From Eledone cirrhosa (taxonomy: Eukaryota): DNA of 64,000 nt. Numbering within the stretch: position 1 is the stretch's first letter; each line of letters opens with the position of its first letter. Below are positions 13,240-28,812 of the stretch, in pieces. The notes beneath the pieces were generated by a model. It was not told where the DNA came from. It did no database searches and worked only from the letters and a program-made list of their open reading frames with translations. A program made the position numbers and the translations under genes. The stretch lies in contig OZ024743.1 of NCBI GenBank assembly GCA_964016885.1, forward strand, positions 332,320,001 through 332,384,000, read 5' to 3'.

Positions 13240-14370
13240 CTAGTCTGCTAGTTTATCTTATCGGTTCCCAAAGGATAAAAGGTAAAGTTGACGTTGGTGG
13301 GATTTGAACTCAGAGTTCAGTGAGCTAGATCGAACACCGCAAGGTATTTTGCCCTACATTTTAACCCCTCTGCCAATTCCAACAGCTATATCTGTTTGTA
13401 ATATATTAATACAGTTACGGTTTTTTTTAAATGACACGCATAATTTTTAGTAGTGCCACTCCACTCATGATGAGCCATATTCTATGCGGGCGGCACACTA
13501 CTCAAAAATGGTTCCCCATGCCTGTATTAATACAATAATTCTTCTGTTGTTGTTTATCAAAGGAGCGTAGACTCGTGATTACATTATTGAGCTCGCGATT
13601 GTAAGGCCATGATATCGATTTCTGGACCAGACGACATGTTGTGCCATTAAGCAAGACACTTCATTTTCTGTCACCTCAGTTCATTCAGCTGGAAAGAACC
13701 AAGTATGAACAGCAGCTCGAGTTAACCGTATGAAGGACTGTCCTGGGCAAAGAGGGAGACTTCTACGGCCACTTCCCACCAATGAAACCGAGATAAGCTT
13801 TGGCCTGATTAGGTTTTAGGCTCGAGAAAGCCGATTAAATCAACCCAGTACTTTACTGGTACCTTATTTTATCAAACCAAGCAGGATAAAAAGCAAAGTT
13901 GACCTCAGCGAGTCTTAAACTCAGAACGTAGAAAAATCGAAATAAATGCTGCAAAGAATTTGTCCAACTCTCAAACAACTCTTCCAACCCACCACACGTT
14001 AACAACAACAACAGCAACAACAATAATAATAATGATTTCTGATTTATTTAGGATGGGGAAAGTCGATTAAATCGCCCCCAGTGCGTTACTAGTACTTTAT
14101 TTTATCGACCCCTGTAAGGAGGTCAGTAAAATAAAGTACCAGTAACACACTCGTAACGATTTAATCAACTTTCCCCTCCCCCAAAATGTCTGGCATTGTG
14201 CCTGGATTGGCAGTATCGGTAGAAGGTCGGACGCCATGCTTTGACGCTCTTGCCATTCTGAGTTCAAATCCCGCCGAGGTAAACTTTGCCTTTCATCATT
14301 GCGGGGTCGATAAAATAAAGTACCAGTAATGAACTGGGTATTTGCTGGCCTTGTGCCAAAGTAGAAACAG
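13240..14370. mobile_element. Cluster of family-A and family-B SINE fragments
   Basis: Family-A cores at ~13240-13380 (-), 13830-13990 (-) and 14207-14368 (+); family-B agcaagacactt motif near 13650. Confidence 0.75.
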
Positions 14371-14491
14371 TTATTATTATTAATTATTTAAGACAAAGTT
14401 ACACATTTGGAGAAGGGGGGATAGCATTTTGATCGATGCTCTACCGGTTCAGCCATTGACATCCTTTCATATACTAAAAACAACGACGACT

Positions 14492-14790
14492 ATCATCTTC
14501 ATCACCACCATCACCACCATCACCATCAGCACCATCATCACCATCATCATCATCATCACCATCACCATCATCACCACCATCATATCATCATCACCATCAC
14601 TACCATCCCCATCACCACCATCATCATCACCATCACCATCACCACCATCATCATCACCATCACCATCACCACCATCACCATCACCATCATCACCATCAAC
14701 ATCATCACCATCACCATCATCATCATCACCATCATCACCATCACCATCATCACCATCATCACCATCACCATCATCATCACTATCACCATC

Positions 14791-14821
<31 letters not shown>

Positions 14822-14947
14822 CCACCATCACCATCACACCATCATCACCACCATCACCATCATCACTACCACCACCACCATCTTCACCATCACCATCACC
14901 GGCATCACCACCACCACCACCACCACCATCACCGCCACCATCATCAT
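14492..14947. repeat. (CAT/CAC)n trinucleotide microsatellite
   Basis: Seen directly. Confidence 0.97.
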
Positions 14948-15196
14948 GGTTTATAAATTGAACATTTGTTCAGTATTATCAAGACAGTTTCCTAACAACA
15001 ATAAAACGTTGTTTTGTCTGGTCAACTATAATAGAAAGTTGAGAATAAAGAAAATGGCCGACCTCTATCTGAATGGAATGAAGCTGTCCAACTGTGTGTT
15101 ACGTGGTTACATGAATGAAAGATAAACAATCGTATGAAGCCAATGAAACTAGGTGTAATTATATATATATATATACACATATATATATGTATATAT

Positions 15197-15235
<39 letters not shown>

Positions 15236-15270
15236 TATGTATATATATACATATATATCTATGTATATAT

Positions 15271-15301
<31 letters not shown>

Positions 15302-15309
15302 CACACACA

Positions 15310-15640
15310 TATTAATAATATTAATAAATGGAAACTATCTTTATAAAACCATATTTATTTTATTATATATATATCAAGGGTACCAACATTTTTGGTACGC
15401 TCTCATCAGATAAAATATAAAAGTTGTTTTACAGATAGTGACACATTCAAAACTAGAACTTAGCGTTCGAACACAAAACGCTAAGTTCTAGTTTTGAATG
15501 TGTCACTATCTGTAAAACAACTTTTGTATTTTATCTGATGAGAGCGTACCTAAAATTTTGGTACCCTTGATATATATATATATATATAATAAAATAAGTA
15601 TGGTTTTATAAAGATAGTTTCCATTTATTAATATTATTAA
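15310..15640. mobile_element. Fold-back element derived from a PLE terminus, hammerhead motif in each arm
   Basis: ~160-bp inverted arms around 15468-15476. tattttat-CTGATGA-stem II-GATA-(TA)n-ataaaata at 15527-15595. Same family as 22988-23295. Confidence 0.8.
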
Positions 15641-15742
15641 TATTATACTCCAGAAGAAACTTGTAGAGGGCTTCTAATCTGTTATAAACTAAATTTGTTG
15701 AATAACCAACAAATTAAATAACTCATTGCTTATATACACACA

Positions 15743-15853
<111 letters not shown>

Positions 15854-15865
15854 GGTTAATTATGC

Positions 15866-15896
<31 letters not shown>

Positions 15897-15995
15897 TATA
15901 TATATATATACATGTGGTTAATTATGCTAGTTGGGAGAGGAAATAGTGTATATATTTTATCAAATGATTCTATGGACATAATTTATGATATATAT

Positions 15996-16030
<35 letters not shown>

Positions 16031-16032
<2 letters not shown>

Positions 16033-16720
16033 CATTAAAATATATGATAAACACAAAACGTGTTTGCATTGTAACAGACAAAGTTAGCTATTAATGAAAT
16101 AAACAAATTAAAGTGAATACAATTTGTCTGTCTCGATATAAGTCAATAAAGACAAGCTTATATTGGCAAAGGCCATGGTTCCTGGACAAATTTAAATTTC
16201 AAAATCCAAACCTGCTCCGTAGATGAATTTGAACCTCGAAACCTAAATACGTTTCGCAACGGTGGAATGTGAATTGAAAAATAAAGAGAATCGAAATGGA
16301 ATTGAAATAAAAAGTGAAATATCCAAATCTCCTGTGCTTATCAACAGGAACCCAGTAAAATTAGTATATTCCACATCAAAAATTTAGCAGGTCTGACTAC
16401 ACGTGTGCAGCCAGGCCAAATTAGCCGTCCCGCATTCCCGGTGCTAGAAATAACAGCCGTTTATGCGGGATTAAAGATCAGCTCTACAGTTAAGGAGCAA
16501 TATACTATATTATATTTTGAGAATAAACTCTCAGTCGTTTACAATAATTCAGCTCCAAGAAAAGGGGCATTTCCGAGCAGTTAAATACATTAAAATATAT
16601 GATAAACACAAAACGTGTTTGCATTGTAACAGACAAAGTTAGCTATTAATGAAATAAACTAATTAAAGTGAATACAATTATTTGGCCTGGCTGCACACGT
16701 GTAGTCAGACCTGCTAAATT
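16031..16720. repeat. Element with direct (16031-16124 / 16586-16679) and inverted (16381-16420 / 16681-16720) repeats
   Basis: Repeats seen directly; microsatellites on both sides; PLE-like architecture is inferred. Confidence 0.7.
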
Positions 16721-16737
16721 GTTGATGTATGTATGTA

Positions 16738-16780
<43 letters not shown>

Positions 16781-16784
<4 letters not shown>

Positions 16785-16972
16785 CTGACTGGTTTGAGAA
16801 CTGGATTCGCAATCGTGAGGTTGTCAGATCGATTCCTGGACCGGGCGATATGTTATGTCCTTCAGCAAGACACTTTATTTACGTTGCTCTTTCTACCTGG
16901 AGTTGCGACCGATAGATAGTATTAGACCGCGGAAACATTGTCTCCTCGGTTCGATCTGACGGATGTCGATCG
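16781..16972 (+). mobile_element. tRNA-headed SINE family B
   Basis: gtggctgactgg...cgattcctggacc...agcaagacactttattt; homologs at 26240-26440 (-), 51284-51372 plus 53495-53540, and 53567-53765. Confidence 0.8.
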
Positions 16973-17124
16973 AAAAAAAAAATAGAGAGAGTGAGATAGA
17001 TAGATAGATATATAGATACCATATATGGTTGATGGATGAGCGAAAGGAGTACTCAATACCAAAGTAGAGTTTTGATATTTATTTTATCAAGACTCACTAT
17101 TTAGCTTTAATAACATGTATATAA

Positions 17125-17156
<32 letters not shown>

Positions 17157-17444
17157 AGTAGTAGTAGTATCTGTATGTATGTGTGTGTATGTATGGATGG
17201 ATGTGTGTGTATGTGTATGTGTATGTATGTATGTGTGTGTATGTGTAGTATCTGTATGTACGTGTGTGTATGTGTGTGTATGTATGTGTGTATATGTGTA
17301 TATATGTGTATGTATGTATGTGTGTGTATGTGTGTGTGTATGTGTAGTATATGTATGTGTATATGTATGTATGTATGTGTGTGTATTGTGTGTATGTGTA
17401 TGTATGTATGTATGTATGTATGTATGTATGTATGTATGTATGTA

Positions 17445-17475
<31 letters not shown>

Positions 17476-17498
17476 GTGTGGGTGTGTGTGTGGGTGTA

Positions 17499-17540
<42 letters not shown>

Positions 17541-18100
17541 CACCTCACCCCACGTCGTTAATTGGTTCCAGAAGTGAAGTAAAGACTTCAGTTGAAAAAC
17601 GACGAATGTCGAATTAACCCTCCCCATATAAACCTCTAATAAATAAACATTCCTTACATTACTCTAGGCTGTATATTTTACCATTTATTTAAATATGATT
17701 TTATATGTTTTATTGTGTTTTTAGTGTTTTTATGGTTTAATATGTTTTTCAGACCGACGAAAAGTTGGGTGAATTGACATAACACGAGTTTTATTTTTGC
17801 CATGAAGAAAACTGCTGTAACTGTAAAATATATATATATATATGAAAGGTATATATTGAGTTAGGAACTCAAAATAGTCTCTTACAACAAAATAGCTCTA
17901 AGAAAGAGATATTTCCGAGCCGTATATTATAATAGAATATAAAAGAAAAACCAACACAGATATATACATATATGAGTTCAAATCGTAAGAGAACGGATTC
18001 GCTAAGGTGAAAAGAATACTAACTATAGACAATAGGGTTTGCTTGTCTCAATTTAAGAAAAAGTTAAGAAAATAAATTGCAACCGGAATTGTGGTAACTA

Positions 18101-18180
18101 CCAATCACCCAGACAACTTGTCGTTTCGTAATGTTAATTGTGAATAGAATTACCAATTCAAGCTCATCAGTGGGCGATGG
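18101..18180 (-). ncRNA. Type-I hammerhead ribozyme
   Basis: ccatcgccca-CTGATGA-g...c-GAAA-cgac-aa-gttg-TC-tgggtgattgg; stems I and III pair, core perfect. Confidence 0.8.
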
Positions 18181-18228
18181 ATTAGTATCCTAGACACTTC
18201 TAAGTATATTAAGAAACTGAATAGTGTG

Positions 18229-18266
<38 letters not shown>

Positions 18267-18267
18267 T

Positions 18268-18300
<33 letters not shown>

Positions 18301-18302
<2 letters not shown>

Positions 18303-18580
18303 TAATAATAACATTCGATTCGTTTGCAATTATGCAAACAAGCCTCAATTTTATAGCCATGTCAGTAGAATGAACATTTCATTCTTGCTCTTGTCTTGGC
18401 ATGTGAACAGAACTGCAGACACTAATGTTTCTGGCTGGGTGATACCTAGAAACATTAGTGTCTGCAGTTCTGTTCACATGCCAACACAAGAGTAAGAATG
18501 AAGTGTTCATTCTACTGACATGGCTATAAAATTAAGGCTTGTTTGCATAATTGCAAACGAATCGAATGCTATTATTAATA
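18301..18580. mobile_element. Fold-back element carrying the 3' half of a hammerhead
   Basis: Arms 18301-18432 / 18447-18580; centre tgggt-gat-accta followed by GAAA-cat-ta-gtg-TC. Confidence 0.8.
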
Positions 18581-18635
18581 TTCGAAAAACTTAGATTACA
18601 TTTATTGTATTCAGACATGTAGCGAAATTTTCTTA

Positions 18636-18689
<54 letters not shown>

Positions 18690-18692
<3 letters not shown>

Positions 18693-20370
18693 CGTTTCTA
18701 AATTTGTTTAGCAAGATTCTTTATCTGAAAACGTGTGTTGAAACCGATATTGTTATACTTTGGGAGGGTCATGTTGCCAATAAGAAACACATGCACCAGT
18801 TGCTTTCACTTCAATTTATTATAATAAATTTATAAATTTAGGAATTTATAAATTTCAGGTTGGTTGGTTGGTTCCACAACCAGATGATTGTTCATATATT
18901 GTCAAAGTTCTTTCGTCACACATTCTGTGACCTCTTCAGTGACTGGGGATTCTTTTCTTTGTTTTTGTGCCTCTCCTTTGTTCTGTCCTACGCCATCTTG
19001 TTTTTGTGTGTGTTGTATGCTTAGTTTGTGCATGTGTCACATCCAGGTGTCTGTGTGTGTTTATATTTGTTTATTTATTTGTTTATTTACATGTTACTGG
19101 TTGGTTGTTTGTTCTATGTGCGTGTGTGTTTTCATTTTGTCCTTAATTGTAAGTTGTGATGTTGCTGTTCCATTCATGTTTTCTATTTAATTTTGGTTGG
19201 AGTTCATTTATGTTTATTACCTCTGTGATTTGTCTAAACATTGCGTCTTTTCTGTGTGTAGATTCTATTTTTATTTCTATGTTCTCTAATTTACCCTTAT
19301 GTTCTATTTTAGCATGTTGGTAGAGTACAGATAATTCTTTACTATCTTGAAGCTCTCGCCAGTGTTCATTTATCCGTTCCCCTATACTACGAGCTGTCTC
19401 ACCTATGTACGCTATATCCTTATCTCTACATTGTCCTTCATTACATCTTATGCTATATACTACATTTCTAGTTTTACAGTTAATATGGGGGCTTAATTTA
19501 CAGATTATACATTTCTTATCTATACAGGGAGGTCTTTGAAAAGGGTATGTATTGCTAATAAGTGTTTTTATGGAGGTACCTGGTCTTTCTACTATCTTAA
19601 TATTGAGTTTATGTTTATCTAGGGCCCTTCTAAATTTGTAAGCTAATTCACCTCTAGGGGTTGTATCGATGAACATTACACTCTGGTATTTATTGCTATC
19701 ATACCATGAGTTTATTCTATTAACCTTATTCCTAGTTCTTTCTATTCTATTCCAAAATTTGCTCCTATACAAGGGGCATGTCCCATTTGTGTCATCATTT
19801 ACCATTTTTTCCCATTTGGTTCTGGCTCCTCTATATACTCTGATTTTATCTCTCTGATTGTAACCAGAGAAGTGCATAGGGTGGATGAAGTGTTGTATGT
19901 GTCTCTCTAGTTCTTTGGGGTTGCACATGCAGGACACGTTTCTCATCACCCGTACCAAATCCGCAATCAGTATGTTGATTTTAGTATGGTCCGAAACAGC
20001 TGAGTTTCGGTGGATCAGATATTTGGAAGTCATGGGTTTGGCATAATGGGAATGGAGGATTTGTTTTTTGTTATTAATGGTATCTAACCAGAGCTCTGTG
20101 TCTAGTACAGGTAATCGATGGTAGGCGTCCCAGCTCACTGGTATCAATCCCACGGAATTCAACATTGCTCTCACTGATCATTTCTACGCATTTCTCCACA
20201 GCAAAATCCACGTCAATAGATGGATACAGGGACACAGCATCCATACTACCTATTATGCAGTTTGTTAGGTCCCTAGATCGGTTACTCTCGCCGATTCTGC
20301 TGAGGAGGTCCTCCGTGCTGTCACATATATCTGGGGACATTTCAATGATGGGGCGTATGATCAGCATAAA
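18690..20370 (-). mobile_element. Penelope-like element (Neptune/Nematis-like), internally deleted RT plus GIY-YIG endonuclease and 3' terminal repeat
   Basis: GSMDAVSLYPSID (RT motif A), LPVLD, Cys linker CIDKKCIIC, NVVYSIRC...YIGETARSIGERINEH; hammerhead-like motif at 18901-18943; ends in (TA)n. Confidence 0.9.
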
Positions 20371-20628
20371 ATTGTGACATAGCTAATCTATTCATAGTAT
20401 GATGGGACAATAGACTTAAACTTAAACTTAAATAACAATTAGAATACAGCAAACCCTAACCCTGATAATGTAATCCCGCTACGTTGATGATATAAACATC
20501 GTAGTAAAAACACCCCCACTAGAGAACAGTCAGGAATTAGAGAAAAACATATGTATGTACGTATACATACATATTTACATTTAAGTAACTGCCGTACTAG
20601 GAGTGAGAAATGAAATTTCGTTTCATTC

Positions 20629-20674
<46 letters not shown>

Positions 20675-20729
20675 GGAAATAACGAGAAAGTTTCATTTAC
20701 ATATGAAAAATATTTATTACGTATCGACC

Positions 20730-20799
<70 letters not shown>

Positions 20800-22075
20800 T
20801 TATTTATTAAAATAACAGATTAAAGTCTAAGCAAGGAATCGCTGCTTTCACCCTTAACGGGATCTTCTGAAACTAACAAAGTCAACCTGTGAACGCAGAA
20901 GTGAATATTTCAAAAAACATTGCAACCGGAGGAACACAGGAAGACGATACTTTGGTTCGTGGAAACGTTCCCTGGCAAAGAACGGGAAAAACGAATATAA
21001 TACGTCATTATTTGGAGCGGTGATGTAATGTACTGGGTAATTGCTGGTCTTGTGCCTAAAATATAAACAATTATTTGGAGCGGTGAAAAACAATTACACG
21101 CAAAGACAAAACCACGTTTATGGTATAAAAAAGTCGTAGACAAATATTCTATTAGGTGGTTCATAGAGACGTTCTCAGACAATGAACGGAAAAAACGAAG
21201 ATAATACGTCATTATGTGGGCCGAGGAGAACAATTGCTCGCAAAGACAAAACCACGTAAAAGGTATAACTGAAGTCGTAGACTAAAATTCTAACTAGGAA
21301 ACCGAATGATTCTCGGCTTCAGAGTTAAGAATAAAGTAAATAAAATACAGAGGTAATTGAAATAAATACATACACGCATCCATATACGTACATACACAAG
21401 CATACGCGAAAACACTCGCCGTAGGTATACAAATACACGCACGTACACACAAAAAAAACACAAAAACAAACAAACAAACAAAAAACAAAAAAAACACCCA
21501 CACGAACATACAGAACCCACTCAACGCCTGTACCTGCACGCATACGAATGTAGACACCAAATACACACAAAAATATATATAAATATATATATATTAATAT
21601 ATATTAATAAAAGGAATTCCAACTTTGTCTGATTTACTCGTTTTATTTACAATCCTTTAAAATTTATAATGGTATTAGAATGAAATAGTATGGTAGAATA
21701 TTAAATGTTATGTGTTAATTGATCAAGTACTTTCATGCTTTCGCAATCTTCAGGTTCATATTGTGTGGTGACAGTCAAGTTTGCAATTTTCAACTGTCCA
21801 TACATATATATATGTGTGTGTGTGTGTGCGTGTATACATATAATTAAATAAACGTATATAACAAACGCACACGCATACCTACATGTAAATACACATATGT
21901 TCGGAGACGTACGTCAACCAAAACACGAAGTACACATATACACACACCCTATATACGTACGAACCCGCATACTCACACAGACGCAAAACTCACGTATACA
22001 CATAACCAAAAGCATATGTACCAGAATATATAATATATACGCCATAAAACATACAATCAAATATACGTACGAGGA
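20800..22075 (-). mobile_element. 3' UTR and terminal region of a PLE family related to 46440-48070
   Basis: 21800-22075 matches 46740-47040; 20800-21210 is the inverse of 47757-48070; the same terminus recurs at 25404-25460 and 45430-45520. Confidence 0.7.
21720..21758 (-). ncRNA. Candidate minimal hammerhead with palindromic stem III
   Basis: tgaac-CTGAAGA-ttgc-gaaa-gcat-GAAA-gtac-TT-gatca. Confidence 0.55.
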
Positions 22076-22163
22076 AGTATATGGTCTTTCAAGCGATGAA
22101 ATACCAATGATGGTTGGAAGATCACTGATGAAGGACTAACTTTATTCATATATATATATATAT

Positions 22164-22263
<100 letters not shown>

Positions 22264-22444
22264 CATGTACGGCAACACTCATCTTTTTCCATTTCTCCGA
22301 GGGTTATAAACCCCACTATCACACTATCAGGCTAGAAATTTCTTTAGTCTAAAATACGGTGAAAGCTTATAATTTCTAATTTCTAATTTCAAACTCGCGC
22401 ACCGCTTCAAAAACATACTTACATGTTTACGTTTATAATTTGCT

Positions 22445-22486
<42 letters not shown>

Positions 22487-22489
22487 TAC

Positions 22490-22570
<81 letters not shown>

Positions 22571-22595
22571 CACACACATATATATATATATATAT

Positions 22596-22897
<302 letters not shown>

Positions 22898-22944
22898 GAG
22901 GTTATATTTAATTTGTTGGGATTCAACAAGCTTAAACATTTTTA

Positions 22945-23290
22945 TACCTGATATAAAGCACTCAACAGTCATGTGGAGTAAATACACAATATATTAATAA
23001 ATGGAAACTATATTTATAAAACCATATTTATTTTATTATACATATTTCAAGGGCAACCAAGGCAAATTATGGTGCGCTTTCATCACATAAAATACAGATT
23101 TGTTTTATAAATAAATATTGACGTAGCCGGATGCTCCAACCGTTAAGGTTGTCTTTTTTTCCGCGTATGTCAATATTTATTTATAAAACAAATCTGTATT
23201 TTATCTAATGAAAGCGCACCATAATTTGCCTTGAAATATGTATAATAAAATAAATATGGTTTTATAAATATAGTTTCCATTTATTAATAT

Positions 23291-23295
<5 letters not shown>
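22945..23295. mobile_element. Fold-back element with a hammerhead in each arm
   Basis: Arms ~22988-23122 / 23169-23295; consensus tattttat-CTGATGA-aag...ctt-GAAA-tatgta-TA-ataaaata. Confidence 0.8.
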
Positions 23296-23348
<53 letters not shown>

Positions 23349-23918
23349 GGAGGTGAGTTTTATTGTAGTACAATAAAGCAATGCAGATATCGGATAAGAA
23401 GCACTCTACAGTTTGTAGGACTGGAGTATACATAATATATAAGATCAAAAGATGGTTAAAAGAGTTCCATGTATTTTATTATGCGCATTTCAAAAACAAA
23501 TATCATCATGCAATAACATTTGTGTTTTCATCAGATAAAATAGGAAGACATGATATGAAGTTTAAAAAACACTTGTGGATAGTGCAGTTTTAAATCAACA
23601 TATGAAAAGTAGTTTTAGATTGATGTGAGATATTGGGGGAAAAAATTTTGAGGGGGGAGAAAGGTTGGAAAGGATGAAAAAGAGGAGGAGATGAGAGTAA
23701 AAAGTGGAGGGGGGGTATAATGAGGAAGGATGAGATAGGAGGAGAGATGGGTGATAGAGAGAGAGAGAGAGAGAGAGAGATAGCTTTTATAACTGAGAAA
23801 GATATATTGTTTTACATAGAGAGGTTGAAAAACCGTTGGAAGATAATGTATAAATTAAAAGAATTTATATATATATACATATATATATATACATATATAT
23901 ATACACATATATATATAT

Positions 23919-23967
<49 letters not shown>

Positions 23968-24016
23968 TACATATATATATACATATATATATATACATAC
24001 ACATATATATATACAC

Positions 24017-24047
<31 letters not shown>

Positions 24048-24195
24048 CATACACATATATATATATACACATATATATATACATATATATATACATACAC
24101 ATATATATATATATATGATATATATATAATATATATATATATATTTATATATAGTATATATATATGTATATATATATGTATATATATGTATATAT

Positions 24196-24277
<82 letters not shown>

Positions 24278-24320
24278 TATATATATATATAATATATATA
24301 TATACTATAATATATATATA

Positions 24321-24803
24321 ACTACACCTGTGACAATTATTGACACATAGTGCTGGGCCCATGGCACCATGTGACGAAAAATGCAGAGAGATATCCAGAT
24401 ATAAAGCAATGTCTGCGCGGTGAAGCTTTTATAGTGAGCAAAGGCACTGCACAAAGCCAGTCCCACTCTCTTAACCAAGATGATATTTACCAAAAAGAAG
24501 AAAAAGTTAACATCATTGGATACCATCAGGGTTGCAGGTGTTATATCAGAGTTTTCCTTCTCCTAGAATTCTGCCTTGACAAAGGCTAAGGGGTGATCTC
24601 TCCCGGTGATTTTGGATGGCCATTAACTCTTAAGAGTTCCTTTGCCCTTTGACAGGTTTTGTTTTTAGTCCTGCAGGATGTCCAAAGTCACCCTCCTCAC
24701 CTAGAAACCTTGGTGGGGTTGCCAGTTTAGTCGCCAACGACCCGACCATGAGACAGGTTGTACTGGGATAGATGTTACCAGTAGGACCAACTGGTGACCT
24801 GAC
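24321..24803 (-). mobile_element. Bipartite RTE-like element copy
   Basis: High identity to 2242-2724. Confidence 0.8.
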
Positions 24804-24842
<39 letters not shown>

Positions 24843-24884
24843 TATACATACATACACATATATATATATACATATATATCTATA

Positions 24885-24916
<32 letters not shown>

Positions 24917-24941
24917 AATACATACATATATATATATACAC

Positions 24942-24974
<33 letters not shown>

Positions 24975-25015
24975 GACATACATATATATATATAAATACA
25001 TACATATATATATAT

Positions 25016-25080
<65 letters not shown>

Positions 25081-25233
25081 CATACACATTTATATATACA
25101 GATACATACATACACATTTATATATATAGATATACATATATGCACATATATATATACAGATACATACATACACATATATATATATATACATATACATACA
25201 TACACATATATATATACATATACATGCATACAC

Positions 25234-25296
<63 letters not shown>

Positions 25297-25493
25297 AATA
25301 TATATATATACATATATATATACATATATATATATACATATACATATATATATATATATACATATATATACATATATATATATACATATATATATACATA
25401 TGTATTTATTAAAATAACAGATTAAAGTTTAAGCAAAGAATCGCTGCTTTCACCCTTAACATATACATATATATATACATACATATATATACA

Positions 25494-25525
<32 letters not shown>

Positions 25526-25633
25526 CATATATATATATACATATATATATATACATATATATATACATATATATATATACATATACATATATAATATATA
25601 TACATATATATATGTGTGATATATATATATGTG

Positions 25634-25717
<84 letters not shown>

Positions 25718-25784
25718 TATATACATATATATACATATATACATATACATATATATTTATATATATATACATATATAATTTTAC

Positions 25785-25819
<35 letters not shown>

Positions 25820-25954
25820 CATATATATCCATATATATATTTACATATATATATTTACATATATATATATATATATACATATATATATTTACATATATGT
25901 ATATACATACATATATTTACATATATATATTTACATATATATATATATACATCT

Positions 25955-26112
25955 ATATAACTGTAAAATAACTGATGTTATTACATTGAGCTATTTATCT
26001 TAATGGTAATAAGGTAGTAATAAATTACTGCCTTTCACTGTTTAGGGTTTAATATATATATAACTATAAAAGGTTTTAGTATATACATAACCATATATAG
26101 TATCCTTAATAC

Positions 26113-26115
<3 letters not shown>
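25955..26115. repeat. Isolated terminal-repeat fragment of the 38500-42676 PLE
   Basis: Matches ~42510-42676; shorter pieces at 26449-26475 and 49660-49750; all run into (TA)n. Confidence 0.85.
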
Positions 26116-26144
<29 letters not shown>

Positions 26145-26513
26145 CATATATACATATATATATATACATATATATATATACATATATATATACATATATA
26201 TATATACATATATATATATACATATATATATATATAAAGGAACGATCGACTTTCGTCAAATCGGACCGAGGGAACAATGTTTCCGTTGGTCTTTCCAATT
26301 GCTAATACTATCTATCGGTCGCAACTCCAGGTAGAAGGTGCAACGTGAAATAAAGTGTCTTGCTCAAGGACATAACGCATCCAGGAATCGAACTCACAAC
26401 CTTACGATTGCGAATCCACTTCTCTAACCACTCAGCCACACGCCTTCACAACCATAAATAGTATCCTTAATACTATATATACATATATATATATATACAT
26501 ATATTTATATACA

Positions 26514-26555
<42 letters not shown>

Positions 26556-26575
26556 CATATATATGTATATACATA

Positions 26576-26609
<34 letters not shown>

Positions 26610-26921
26610 CATATATATATATACATATAGATATATACATATAGATATATATATATACATATATATATATACATATATATACACATATGTATATATATAC
26701 ATATATATATATATACATATATATATATACATATATATATATACATGGATCTCGGGAATTTTACCCGCCTTAGAGATATATATACATTTATATATACATA
26801 TATATACACATATATATACACATATGTATATATACATATATATATATATAGATATACATATATATACATATATATATACATATATATATATATACATATA
26901 TATACATATATATATATATAC

Positions 26922-26972
<51 letters not shown>

Positions 26973-27167
26973 CATATATATATACATATATATATATATA
27001 AATACACACACACACATATATATATACATATATATATATATACATATGTATATATATATATATATATAAATGGAAAAAAATGAAACGAAATTTCATTTAT
27101 CACTCTTAGTACGGCTGATACATACCTATATATATCTCTATCTCTAAGGCGGGTAAAATTCCCGAGA

Positions 27168-27800
27168 TCAATGGACGAGTTCTCTCCAGCGGTCTCTGTC
27201 CCTCATTATCGCTGCCATGTCCTGCGTCTCCAACAGACCAGTGTCTGTCCTTAGGGCATCAACATACGTTAACCTTGGTCTTCCTCTTCTAGTGTGTCCA
27301 TGTAGGGGATCCCAAAGGAGCACTGAGTGCAATGTCAATTCTGGATGTCGGTGAGCATGTCCAGCTAACCTCAGTCTCCTCTGTGTCACTTTTGAGCTGA
27401 CTTTTGGGATGCTCCCATACAGCTCTGAGTTTTTCAACCTCAGTGTATACTGATTAATGTTCAGAGCCATCCTCAGAATTCTCGTGTAGCACCCATCCAC
27501 CATCTGAGTGAGTTTCTTGATCAGTGTCCAAGTCTCAGACCCATACAGCAGCACAGACTCCACTACAACAATGAAGAGGCGGACCTTCAGGTCTCTACGA
27601 AGGTCCGACTTCCACACCGATCTCAAGCTGTGGCACGCCGCCCAAACCCTGCTCTTCCTCTCAACCACATTATCTTCCGTATTCCCAATCTTTGCTCCCA
27701 AATACAGGAAGCCCTCAACCAATTCCAGCGGCTTCCCGCCTACATTAGTGATCCCCTCTGACTTCTCAATATTCTCTACCAGATATTTTGTTTTAGTCTC
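27168..27800 (-). mobile_element. RTE-clade LINE, C-terminal RT fragment
   Basis: FLYLG...[14 protein letters not shown]...RRLRLAGH...[11 protein letters not shown]...DRDRWR. Confidence 0.92.
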
Positions 27801-27834
27801 ATATATATATATATATATACATATATATACATAT

Positions 27835-27880
<46 letters not shown>

Positions 27881-28090
27881 ATATGTACATATATATATAT
27901 ATGTACATATATATGTATGTATGTATGTATGTATAATTCTATAAGTTGATAAAATAACTGTAAGGCGTTCACATATTTATCTAAAGCTCAAGTGTGGTTT
28001 ATTTTATATCCAGAATAATATATATGACAGGCTGAGCTGGGGTGGATAACCCAACGAAACTTAAGTACTTGTACACGTCACTGTTGTTGT

Positions 28091-28220
<130 letters not shown>

Positions 28221-28624
28221 CAATTTGAAAGAAAGTGTTCAAAATGTTAAAAACTATGAAAATCTCATTGAAATAATAATAAGATTATGATGGCCATTAA
28301 GAGATTTGTTGTAGCAGCGATAATGTAGAATGTAGCAAGACATAGAAATGTAGAAATGTGGATAAATGGACTTGAACATGACAGGATTAGAGTTAATAGA
28401 TTGCAACACGAGAAATTTCTTGAAACAGTCCCACTTACAAGAGCTAATCAGTTAGCTATGGTGTATTCCGACTGTTAGAGAACAGTTTAAGGTGAGGGGG
28501 ATTATTAACATTGCTCACAACCTTTCAGACTTCAGACTTCCAAAGAAGCCCCTACTGTGAACAATTGTGGAATATGATGGCAAGGCAAGCTGTAAATCAA
28601 TCATTATTATTATTATAATATTAC

Positions 28625-28812
28625 AGGGCGGTGGATTGGCAGTATCGGTAGAGGGTCGGACGCCATGCTTTGACGCATAGAGTTACGGCCCTTGCCATTC
28701 TGAGTTCAAATCCCGTCGAGGTTAGCTTTGTCTTTCATCCTTACGGGGTCGATAAAATAAAGTACCAGTAATACATGGGTAATTGCTGGCCTTGTGCCAA
28801 AAAGAAGAAACA
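28625..28812 (+). mobile_element. Full-length family-A SINE
   Basis: A box, B box, core and tail present; flanking attattataatatt duplication. Confidence 0.9.

Noticed and set aside
14429-14956. Ser/Pro/His-rich 175-aa ORF
   Set aside because: Entirely a (CAT/CAC)n microsatellite
28625-28720. tRNA genes
   Set aside because: A and B boxes belong to SINE heads followed by a SINE core and tail; no complete cloverleaf
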